DNA from: a virus
IMG/VR virus record: IMGVR_UViG_3300016476_000893
Coordinates: 2,211 to 66,210 of that record
Reading direction: 5' to 3' (one strand)
Length of the DNA stretch: 64,000 bases
Part shown: positions 45,562 through 56,200 of the stretch, one piece after another
Position numbering within the stretch: position 1 is the first letter of the stretch
Layout of the letters: each line of letters starts with the position of its first letter
Made by a program: the position numbers and the translations under genes
Notes under the pieces: model-generated
Told to the model about the DNA's origin: nothing
Seen by the model: the letters and a program-made list of their open reading frames with translations, nothing else
Database searches by the model: none

Positions 45562-48500
45562 TATTTATTGATCCTAGAAAATTTCTGGGAGAATTTATTT
45601 AACCTGCGTACAATATACTCGTTTGCTCTACCAAATTTTGGAGCGAATGTTTTCATATTATACTGAGTTTCAACACGACTTGCTGATATAGAAACTGAAA
45701 TGTCAGAAACTAAAGGACCGTTTTCAACCAACGACTTACCTAAGTTCGTTATCTTTGGATAACCAGGAATTGTAACGCTAGCTTGCTCAGTGAAAAGATA
45801 GTCAAAGTTTGCTACACTATTTGCCAGCAACTGCCCAGCCAAGTCCATCCCCGCGTATCCAGACGTTAGCGTTAAATCAACACCGTTTATATTTATATCC
45901 ACCGGAAGAACATAATTTTCTGGAACAAGGTCTGTTATTTGTTCATATTCTATTTTTACTCCGTATGGAACATTTGTCTGTGTAGTCCAGGGTCCATAAA
46001 CATACCTGTTTGACTGTTGTGGTATTCCAAATGATTTTGGAGGAATAACCACTGGAAATGGAGCCAATGAGTCGGCATTATATCCACTATCTATAGATTT
46101 CTTAGAGTTGGTTGCCCCATCGCAATTACCAACAAGATCTTCTACGTAGTATTCTGGAGAAGTATTAAACACCGCGAGATGTTCTAAAGCAGCCACCACT
46201 CTTGGTGGAAAGACACGATTTGTCGTGACAAGAGCAAAAGGAGTGCAACCAAAACCATTTTCGTCTATTCTAAGATTTATCAAATACTCTATACTTGAAA
46301 CTATTTGAGGTCGTAGGTTTATTCTATCTTTACTGGCTTCGTACAACGGAATTGACAGTAAAGAGTAAGTTATTAAGTACGGGTTTGGAATAAGCAGATA
46401 TTCTTGATTAACATTTATAGGAACTGAGTTTAAAGTGTCGAAACCTCTGAACTGTGTTACAATTTCATCCTTAGAAAATTCGCTCATGTCGTAGTTTGAT
46501 ATTGACGGCAAATTATATGATAAAACAGACGACGATGGGCCAGACGGCAACTCTAAAACATTGAAAACTGCTTTATAGTTTGCGTATGCAGAAACTCTAC
46601 CATTATTTACGAACTTTCCATTTGGTGCTTCATAGTCATAATAATTTGGTGGGTCTAAATATGCGTCACTTGATATATCCCAACTCTTTATGAATGAATT
46701 CACTGGGGCTTGATCTTCTGAGTCGGACTTCACAGAGAAAGCAGGCATTTTAACAGCATAAGATTTTCCATAATGGTCTTGACCAATTTTAGATATTTTC
46801 TCGTGAAGCGACTTCATGAAAAACTCATACGCACCAACTTGATCAGAACCGCAAGAAGGCTCTTGATAAACATTAGAAGATGAAGTATTATACTTTAGCG
46901 AGTAATGTAGCCCGGCATTGTTAAGTGCTACTCCGGCGTATGTAAAATCTCCATTCTCTGTGAATAGAGGCATTTTTGCTGAATTGGTTGTACTTGAGAA
47001 AAAAGACTCTATAGCATAAACTTTTCCATACTTGTTATACATCATAAATTCTAACCAAGACTCATATCCAGCCATCGCGTGTCTTAATTCTCTTAGGCTG
47101 CAAGGGTAAATCCCATTGAACATTGCACCTTTGCTGTCGCCATAACTGCCTATAGTTGTGTTTCCAGAAATATCAAACGTGTCAATTAATATAAAGTCTA
47201 GATATTCATATGGACCCCACAGAAAAGGAGTTATTACAGGAACATTCCTGATATTAGAATCTTCTGTTAGATTTAATCTTCCGGCTATATTTATCTCGCC
47301 CCAATAACAGTAAACATCTGGAGATATGTCAGAATCTGAAGGTGGCGACGTTGAACATGTGCTACCAGTTATTTCTGGCGGTTTGTCATTATTAGGTAAT
47401 GTTGATATGTAATTTATTCTTGATTGATATCCACCAGTTATATACTTTGCACCAACAGCGTTTTCAGTCAAAGATATTTCTATGTTTGTAGATGAATATC
47501 TTTCTTTACTGTCTAAAGATATGTCTTCTACTGGGTAGTTACCACCATACGGCATGGATGCTACTGGTGGTCCGTCTGGGTGCAACGCGCCACTAACACC
47601 TATGTCTAGAGGAAGGTCTTTAGTTTGACCAAATCCACCAAGTTTATCTGAAGCTTCTTTTGTTATTACATCTCTAGACAAAGGAAATTTAATAGAGCTA
47701 AACGTGTTTCTATTTTGAGTCAATATTACTATCTGGCCACCGTAGATGGTGTTAGAGTATGTAAGATTTGGTGTTGTCGTTGATATATGACCAGAGGAAA
47801 AGTATTGACTGCCTTCGGTTGACGGTTTTAGTAAATCTACATAAAATATATGATTAGCCGCCTCGCAAACGTCTGCAACAAACTGCATTAAGTCTGTCGG
47901 TCTAACCCTGAAGTCATTCGGTATAAAAGCCGCTATCTGGTTTAGAAAGCTAAGAATGTCAAAATTGTAGGCATAGGCTTTATTTCCGCTTAGAGTATAT
48001 GAATTAGATCCATACACAATGTTGCCTCCGAGTGTTGGTGTCAGCGAAGCGTCTCCATTTAACAAGGCGTTTATAGCATTCGCAAATAGGTCAATCCTAA
48101 TGCCATCGCTATTTACAGCAGATCTTCCAAAGCCAGCCCCAGTCGCACCAAACGAATCATTTTCGTAGACCCCAAAAACATTTTGAACATTAAACACGTT
48201 CGACGGAGAAAGATTATTATTATAATTACCGAAATCTAAACATGTTGGTACATTTGGGCCATAAGCCTCAAGAGCACCTCCGTATCCTGGGTATACGTCT
48301 GTTATAACGCTGCACGATGACAATAAAATAGTTGGAGACTGAATTACTGCGGTATAAATTTTTGAGTCGCTTACAGATCGAGATACAGTTTTTAATATAC
48401 CATAAAACCTGAATATCGGCACATTGTTATTTGAGACTATTTCAAAATATTTAGGACTTCCAACAACAGCCTCTTCCGACAAATATTGACCATCTGATTG

Positions 48501-48722
48501 AATTAAGTTTATAGTGCATTGACCACCCTGTTGATCCCAGCTAGAATTACAGTTAAAATCAACAACAGTCAACCCAAGAAAAGTTTGTTCGCCAATATCA
48601 ATTGTCGAAGCAGACTCGCCATAATTTAGGTATGTTAATGCTGGCATTGATGTGCTCAATGCAGCCGATCCACCATTAACGCCACTACCAGAAGGCTCAG
48701 ATCCACCAGGTGTTATTCCCAT
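45561..48722 (-). CDS. large tail tip/hub protein
   Basis: 1053 aa, beta-rich, second gene after the tape measure gene; GGAG RBS. Confidence 0.65.
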   Translation of the reverse strand: MGITPGGSEPSGSGVNGGSAALSTSMPALTYLNYGESASTIDIGEQTFLGLTVVDFNCNSSWDQQGGQCTINLIQSDGQYLSEEAVVGSPKYFEIVSNNNVPIFRFYGILKTVSRSVSDSKIYTAVIQSPTILLSSCSVITDVYPGYGGALEAYGPNVPTCLDFGNYNNNLSPSNVFNVQNVFGVYENDSFGATGAGFGRSAVNSDGIRIDLFANAINALLNGDASLTPTLGGNIVYGSNSYTLSGNKAYAYNFDILSFLNQIAAFIPNDFRVRPTDLMQFVADVCEAANHIFYVDLLKPSTEGSQYFSSGHISTTTPNLTYSNTIYGGQIVILTQNRNTFSSIKFPLSRDVITKEASDKLGGFGQTKDLPLDIGVSGALHPDGPPVASMPYGGNYPVEDISLDSKERYSSTNIEISLTENAVGAKYITGGYQSRINYISTLPNNDKPPEITGSTCSTSPPSDSDISPDVYCYWGEINIAGRLNLTEDSNIRNVPVITPFLWGPYEYLDFILIDTFDISGNTTIGSYGDSKGAMFNGIYPCSLRELRHAMAGYESWLEFMMYNKYGKVYAIESFFSSTTNSAKMPLFTENGDFTYAGVALNNAGLHYSLKYNTSSSNVYQEPSCGSDQVGAYEFFMKSLHEKISKIGQDHYGKSYAVKMPAFSVKSDSEDQAPVNSFIKSWDISSDAYLDPPNYYDYEAPNGKFVNNGRVSAYANYKAVFNVLELPSGPSSSVLSYNLPSISNYDMSEFSKDEIVTQFRGFDTLNSVPINVNQEYLLIPNPYLITYSLLSIPLYEASKDRINLRPQIVSSIEYLINLRIDENGFGCTPFALVTTNRVFPPRVVAALEHLAVFNTSPEYYVEDLVGNCDGATNSKKSIDSGYNADSLAPFPVVIPPKSFGIPQQSNRYVYGPWTTQTNVPYGVKIEYEQITDLVPENYVLPVDININGVDLTLTSGYAGMDLAGQLLANSVANFDYLFTEQASVTIPGYPKITNLGKSLVENGPLVSDISVSISASRVETQYNMKTFAPKFGRANEYIVRRLNKFSQKFSRINK

Positions 48723-48733
48723 TTAATATTCTC

Positions 48734-50248
48734 CTAATAGTTGTTTATAAGGCTTGGGCCTTCATAAGTCCACTCTACAGTATATGAGTATTGTCCATTT
48801 TTTGGATTCCAAGACTCTGATGGTGCAGAATAATACACTTTTGTTCCGACTGGTTTGTATAAATCATATATTGTTTGCAAATCAGAATATGCTGGTTTTA
48901 CCATAGATGATCCACTAGGAGCCATGCTAGCATTAAGCTGTAAGGTTCTCTTATATTCAGACCTAGAATTAACATATTGAATTATAGGTTGACTTCTTCC
49001 TATTACAGGAATAATATTTATGATTTGTCCAGGATAAATATCAGATATTGTTATTTCTTCCGATAAAGCTCCTGATATCAAATTTGGAGGTCTATTATCA
49101 TAAGAATAATTGTACGAAATAGTTCCTTCCTGATAGTTTTTTCCTACACTTTTTGATAATTCAACAGTGTTTAATGAATACGCCCCGCCATAATATGAAT
49201 TTGCTCTAGAGTATATAACACCTGAAATTGAATTCCAATAGTTGTTTGCATTAACGTAGCTGTTTGCCGATCTATCTAATACTCCAGATGAATTTAATCC
49301 TTTTATTGTTCCGTTGATTTGAACCTTTGTTAAAGACCCTAGATCATTATCAATAGTTATTGAAACAGTCTCTGTCGCTAGCTGTCCAGAAGGAACAAGA
49401 GAAAATTCTTCTTCTATAGAATATGTTCCGTTGAAAGAATTTATATTCTCTACAACTTTTCTATCAACAACAGTCAATCCTGTAGACAACCCTAAATATC
49501 CAGACGGCATATTCGAATAACCAAGACCTATAACGTTGTGGACATAACCACTCGCTTGTTGAATTGGCGTGCTGGCCAATGTTCCATTGTTATAAACCCT
49601 TTGACCAACAGCAGAAGCAGAATGAGTAACTCTATATACTTTCTTTTGATCCTGTATATTTCCAGACGTAGCTGTATAACCACCATCTTCATTAAAAGAC
49701 CACGAATTCTGTGCGTCTGATATGTAATATTGAAACGAGTCTTCAGAAGAGTTACTGGAAAATAAACTATTGGAAGACTCAATGAATCTATTAGTTTTTA
49801 AAGTGGCTGTATATCCGCAGACGTTTGTCCATCTAGATTTGTCATCAAATTCTAAAGAATCTAACTCGCAATAAGCTTTAATACCTCTGTCTTGGTTAAA
49901 CCCAGTTATTTCTAACTTTATTCCAGACCCAGATGAAACCCCACTTGAAATAACATTCCTAAGAAACTCTTGTTTTTTCATTATAGACGTTAAATACGCT
50001 TCTGGCGTTATTGACGTATTTATAGGATCATCATCTGGAGAATAAGTGCTGTAGTGAACTCCTGTAGAATTTATTACTGAAGGGGTTACACCAGTGCTTT
50101 CTGGATTTCCTTTGTATGCTATTAAATCACCGTTAAGCGAAATAGTATAATCAGCACCAATAACTCCATTACTATTTTTAATGTAGTTTTTGGAAAATGT
50201 AACTAATGGTGCTGGAACTATATTTACGTTGTTTATTTTAACAGGCAT
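48734..50248 (-). CDS. distal tail-like protein
   Basis: 504 aa, beta-rich, immediately after the tape measure gene; GGAG RBS. Confidence 0.6.
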   Translation of the reverse strand: MPVKINNVNIVPAPLVTFSKNYIKNSNGVIGADYTISLNGDLIAYKGNPESTGVTPSVINSTGVHYSTYSPDDDPINTSITPEAYLTSIMKKQEFLRNVISSGVSSGSGIKLEITGFNQDRGIKAYCELDSLEFDDKSRWTNVCGYTATLKTNRFIESSNSLFSSNSSEDSFQYYISDAQNSWSFNEDGGYTATSGNIQDQKKVYRVTHSASAVGQRVYNNGTLASTPIQQASGYVHNVIGLGYSNMPSGYLGLSTGLTVVDRKVVENINSFNGTYSIEEEFSLVPSGQLATETVSITIDNDLGSLTKVQINGTIKGLNSSGVLDRSANSYVNANNYWNSISGVIYSRANSYYGGAYSLNTVELSKSVGKNYQEGTISYNYSYDNRPPNLISGALSEEITISDIYPGQIINIIPVIGRSQPIIQYVNSRSEYKRTLQLNASMAPSGSSMVKPAYSDLQTIYDLYKPVGTKVYYSAPSESWNPKNGQYSYTVEWTYEGPSLINNY

Positions 50249-50257
50249 TATCGACTC

Positions 50258-53200
50258 CTAGTTACCAGAAGATAAGTTTTTCTTAACCTGGGATGTTATA
50301 TTTCCAATTTCAGATTGAATATTTTCAAGAACTATTGATTTTAATACGTCTGGAAGTTTGGCTAAAAATTCCGCCCCGTTAAGGTTGACATTTACGCCAA
50401 CATTTTGTAAACTAATCTCAAACACCTTTGGCATTTCAACCAACTGTCTAACACTTTCGCTAAATCGCGAATTAAAATCGATTAAACTTTGAGTTAAAAC
50501 TGAATAGTCATTAGAATTAGAGCCGCCACCATTAAATCCTCCAGTTGAACCACTTCCAACAAGGCCGCCATTTGCAAACCCTTTTACTTTGGATTTGTTC
50601 ATATTATTTAAAGCTGGCAACCCAATGTCGCGAACAGCACTTTTCTTTAAAACAAATTCACCAGGGGTCAACATTGCCGGAACAATATCTTCTCTATTTT
50701 TATTTTCCTTCATTCTTCCAAAGATTGACTGAGGAGATCTTCCTTGCGGTTTTTCTCTAAACGACTCTATCATTTTTCTTCTATTTCTTATAGCCTCTTT
50801 CATTTTTATTGGATCGAAATTTTTAGATCCATAACCATAAGATTTTACAAGTTCATCAGCCTCTTTGATTTTTTGTTCATTTCCTTTTTGGATTATTTTG
50901 TTTAAATTGTTAACTGTTTCATCTGATGTATTGGTTGACAGTTGCGGAAGGTTATATTCCTGTATATCCTTGATTTTATTAGCATCATAAGCCTTTTCTC
51001 TAGCATCTTTTTCAGCACTAATTCTTGCTGCATAGGCTTTTGTACCTTTATAGTATGGATTTGCAGACATTTTACTAAGAGATTCCGCACCCCTCTTTCT
51101 ATCAAACTCTCTCTTTATCGCTTCTTTTTTATCTCTTTCAGCCTTTCTAGCTTGCGATATTCCATACATAGAATTTGAGCGGTCTATCAACTGTTGCTTT
51201 CTCTGCTGATATTGATAACCAATCATTAGTTGTCGTCTAACGTTTGGGTTTCTTTCCGTCTTTAGCCTTTCAGCAATTCTATCAAGCTTTGATAGTTCAG
51301 TTTGTGCAGTTTGCGCGGACTGTACATTTTGTTCAGCCAGCACGTTCTGTCTAGGTTTAACAACTGGTGTAGATGCTGCAGCTTTTTGAGATCTTTCCTC
51401 TTCACGTTTTTTACGAAACGTTTCTTCAACCTGTTGTTCCACAGATCTTTGGTCTGGATTTAAAAAGCTTTTTGCCATTGCTCCATAAGCATTTAGCACA
51501 CCACTAATATTACTTTTTGTGTCAAACTCTTTTGGTTGAACAACTTCTTGTTTAACCTGTTTAGCAGTCGATGTTGGTGATCCTGTATATTGAAATCTTT
51601 GTTTTATTGCAAATATTTCTGCTTCACTCAGAGGTCTTACATTTAAACCTTTTCTACTAGCACTAATTTCGTTTATTGTGTCATCTATAAGTTTCTGAGA
51701 CAATTTTTCTGGAGCACCAAAAATTTCTTGCATCAATAATTCATCAGACTGGTTTATTGAATAGCCACTAGCAACATTCTTAACGGTTTTTGCTGCATAA
51801 CGAAGAGCGTTTGGAAGTCCTAGCGGACCTCCAGTCATACCCTTGTATTGATCAAAAATCGCTACTTGATTGCCAGAACGTATTTCTCCAGATTTTTGTC
51901 TTATCGAGCTGATTGTGTCATTAACTAAATTCTGATCAAAAGCAAGTCTAGGATCGTTTAAATCTAAATTAGCTGTATCAATTCCTAGATTTTTAGCATA
52001 ACCAATTTTTCTTCTTTCCCTTAAATTAATGCTTTCAACTAAATCTACACCTTGCTTAAATGCAACGTCTGATTTGTAACGATTTCTAAAGTAGTCTGTT
52101 CTTTTATCGTATTTTACACCAGCAACCTCTATTATTCCGCCGTCGCTAGCATAAATAGTTCCAGTAGAATTCATTCTTTCCAAATTAGCCCTGCCAATTT
52201 TACCAACAGCAGATTTGCTCATAACAAATTCGCCAGGTGTTAACATCGCTGGAACAGTGTCGCTTCCTCTTGGTTTAAACACAGATCCTCCACCATTCAT
52301 ATTGGCGGCATTAAAAGATTGAGCTTCAATACGTTCAAGAGCTTTTAATTGATCAATTTGAGTTTGCGAGTCTTTCTTCAATTGCTCCAACATTTGTTTT
52401 TCTATAGGTATCATCTCATCCATTATAAACTTGACTTCTTCAGGCGAAGAGCCAGTAGATAATAAAAAGTTCTTAGTAACACCACGGATTATTTCATCGC
52501 CTTTAAGCCCGTTAAACACAGGAAGGTCTTTGAATTCAGTGAGAAAAGCCTTTAAAGACTGTCTATCAGACTCTCTTATATTGCCTATATTTCCAGTAAA
52601 AGAAAGAATTCTGGCTTGTTGCATGTTTTTCAAAAACTCTGACCTAGACTCTCTAGTGCCAAAAGCAAGATCTCCAGCGACTTCTCTTAATTTAGCCCTG
52701 TCTGATATCGATTTTTGCAAAGCTTTTTGTGCGGCGGATGTTTCTTGCGATGTATTTCCAAGTTCTTCTAAAGCAACTTTAAATGCATTCGCTTCAGTTT
52801 GCAGTGAACCCAACTCGTTCATAAGGTCTGTTGTTGTGTTACCAAATTCATCAATCGTCTTACTTGTTGCTATGAATGCGTCAATCTCTATCTGTTTAGC
52901 CTTGTTTTGCGAGATAGCGTTGCCTATAATATCAATATCGCGTTTTCCTCCAGAGAGATTCATCTTAGAGAGACTTGTTCCTTCTAACGCCTTAGAAACA
53001 TTAGAAAGTCGATTTTGTAATGCGGTTTGATATTCAGCAATAGGGTTTTCACCAAAAATGTCTGCAATAATATCAGCGATCATTTTGTTGTTAGACTGTT
53101 GTGCTTTCTGAATAGAGATGGACTGGTCTAGTTGTTTAGCTTCAAACTCAACTCTATTTTTCAATACTTCTGCGTAATTATTAAATACGTTTGTTATTAA

Positions 53201-56200
53201 GTCTAGAGGTTTTTGTAACGCATTAGCTTTATCAGACAGAATCTTATTCAACAACTCAGTAGGATCTTCTCCGCCTAATATTTGCGATCTTATATTTTCT
53301 TCCAGATCTCCTAGGTTCATACCTTCAAAAATAGCCATAACCTGTTCTGCCAATTCAGCTCTTTGTGCCTGAACAGCGTTTTGGTTAGTTCCTAAGTTTA
53401 TTGTTGGCAAGCGAGACGCTAGTTCAAATTTTGCCATATCAAAAGCGTTTATCTCGTTCTGGAACGATTTCACAGTTTCTGATAAACCTGGAAACGCTTG
53501 AGATACAGAATCGAGTGCGTTTTTAAAGTTTTGAGATCTAGTATTATCTAGCTCAAAATTACTTAAATCAACCTTTTCTAAATACGATAATCCAGACTTA
53601 GAGAAGTTGATAGATCTAAGTGATCTGCTTTGTATTGTAAGTGTTTTGCTCCATTTTTCTGTAGCTTCGTTTATACCTCTTTGTAGCTTAACAGACCTAA
53701 TTTGTGCCTCTACAAGAGATGCTTTAGAAGCAGCTTCTGCCTTCAATACATTCTGTAGAACATTGAATTCTGTTATAAAAGATTTTAACCAATCGGTGTT
53801 ACCAGTTGCGACAGCAATTCTATTAAGACCGTCAGCTATTTTAGGATTCTTTTTAGATATTTCGTCAAACGACATCCCAGCGAATTCAGCACTTTTCGCC
53901 AAGGATGAAAACATATCCATAAAATCTTTAAACGCTACTTGGCTAGTTTCTAAACCTTTATCTCTACCTAAAAATATTTCTCTAGATTTTTCAAAAATGT
54001 TTATATACTTACTTATAGACTGCTCTAATTGATCTAAAGATTTTGAAGGGTCGGTTCTTCCAAATTTATCAAAACTTTCTTTAGCTATAGCCACCTGTTT
54101 TTCAGCAGATGATATCTGCGCATTTTTATATGCATCCATAGCCTTTGCGTCTATTTGATCTTGATAAGACGTAAGACCTAAGAAGTCTGTAAAATTAGTT
54201 ATAGAATTAACAAAACCAAATAAAGCACCGCTAGCAGCGCCAACAGCCAGCCCTAATGGTCCAAATACAGCTCCAATTGAAGCCCCTACTGTAGAATAGA
54301 ACTGCATATTTCCAGACTTCATTTCTTCTTGAGCGGCTGTTCTAGCAGCTTTTTCTGCACCAGCGGCGTCACCAGCTTTCTGTAACTCTTCTGAAAGAGT
54401 TAATGCGTTTTGAGAGGCTTTGTCTAATGACGAAGTGAATGCAGCTAATGCAAGAGAAGCAACTTCTGGACCAAATGAACTAACCGCTGTTTTTGCAAAA
54501 CCTCCAACTTTTGAGAAAAAGCTTGTTTTTTTAGGGAGGGCACCCTCTAACGACTTTATATTAGATTCAATTAAAGCTAGTTCATCTTTTGAGGAAAGGT
54601 CGAGAGCTGCAGCAGCCTCTTGTTTTTCTTTTAAAAGTTTCTTATTTTGAAGAATTATATAATATTCTTGCAAAGAGCTTTCGTTTAGTTTATTTGCCAA
54701 ATCAGAAATGGCTGCTATCTGTAATTTTATTTCACCAGGTAGTGATGATTGTATCTTGCTTATAGCCTCAACAATTTTTGAGTTGTATTTATATTTGTTT
54801 TTCACATCATATATTAAAGCCTTTAGTTGTTGTTGATCTTTAGGATCTATTGGGCTGACAACATTACCTGTTGCTGAATTAGAAGATGTAGATCCTTTTT
54901 GTGGTTGTTGCGTCGGTGATCCGGAAGCTTTTTTTAAAGCAGCTAGTGCTGCGGCCTGTTGTGATGTAGTAGGTTGTGGCGATGTAACAGACTGCTTAAA
55001 GGCTAACGCCGCAGTGTTTTGTGATATTATATTAGATACTACATTATTTAAATCTTTAAAAATATCCTTTGGTGTTAATTGTTTCGTAGATCTAGAAGCT
55101 TCTGCAGAAGAAATTTTAGCCTCAATTTGTTTTATTTCGCTATCAGCCTTTGTTTTTTTTGTGTTTAAATCGCTTGTTGTTTGAGCAAGCTCTTTTCTTG
55201 CTTCATCTAATTGTCTAGTTATTTCTTCAGTTTTTTTTGCTTGCTCAGCACTGCTTTCGCCAAATGCCTTAATTTTTTGAGCAAAAAACTCTGTAAAATT
55301 AATTGCCAATCTCATTTGTAACGTTAGCAAGCTAAAAGAATTAGCTAGTGGTCCAAGTTTATCACCAACAAAATTAAGAGATTGAAGTAATCCTGTGTCA
55401 ATGCTTAAATTAGTGTCAGACATTCCAGCAACGACGCCGCCATCAGCAAATTTTTGGATTTTTGATACAACTCCGCCCTTGGCGTATCTGTTTATTTTCT
55501 TTAGATTGTTATAACCAAACTGCTCTGCTGATCTTTTATTTACAACAAACTCGCCTGGGGTTAATAATGCCGGTACAGTATCTGTTCCAACAGGACCGCC
55601 AGTGTTCATTTTAGTGATGTCTTCTCTCTTATTTCTAAGCTTATCTATATAGAGAGTTATTTCCTTGTCTGAAGGATTCACAATGTCTTTATTTTTTGTG
55701 AATTTTTTCAGATATGAATTTTTACTATTTAATGTTTTAGAAAGAAGATTTAGATACCTGTCGCCAGTTAATGTTTTTCCGTATTTAGGATCTGACTTGG
55801 CTTCGCCATAAAGAAAGTCTAAATATGCGTTGTCGCCAGTGGTTTTTAATCTATATTTTTTAGCAACCATTGCTTCAAAGGCGTTTCCTTTAATTTTTGC
55901 GCCAGGGTTTCCTAATTTTACACCTTTAATATATTCAGCAACCAACTTTTTGTCAGAAGATGATAGAGGGTCAAATTCTTCTATTTCATAGTTAATATAT
56001 GTTCCGTCTTTGTCTTGCCAATTGCTAGTGGAATTTATTTTTCTCATTAAATGAGACTTGCCTTGAATTTTTGGGTTCATGGCCTTTAATTGTTCAGTCT
56101 CTACGACACCACCTTTTCCATACTTATTTATACTGGATAAATTTTTAACGCCAATTGCTTTTACAGCACTTTTGCGTATCACGAACTCACCAGGCGTCAA

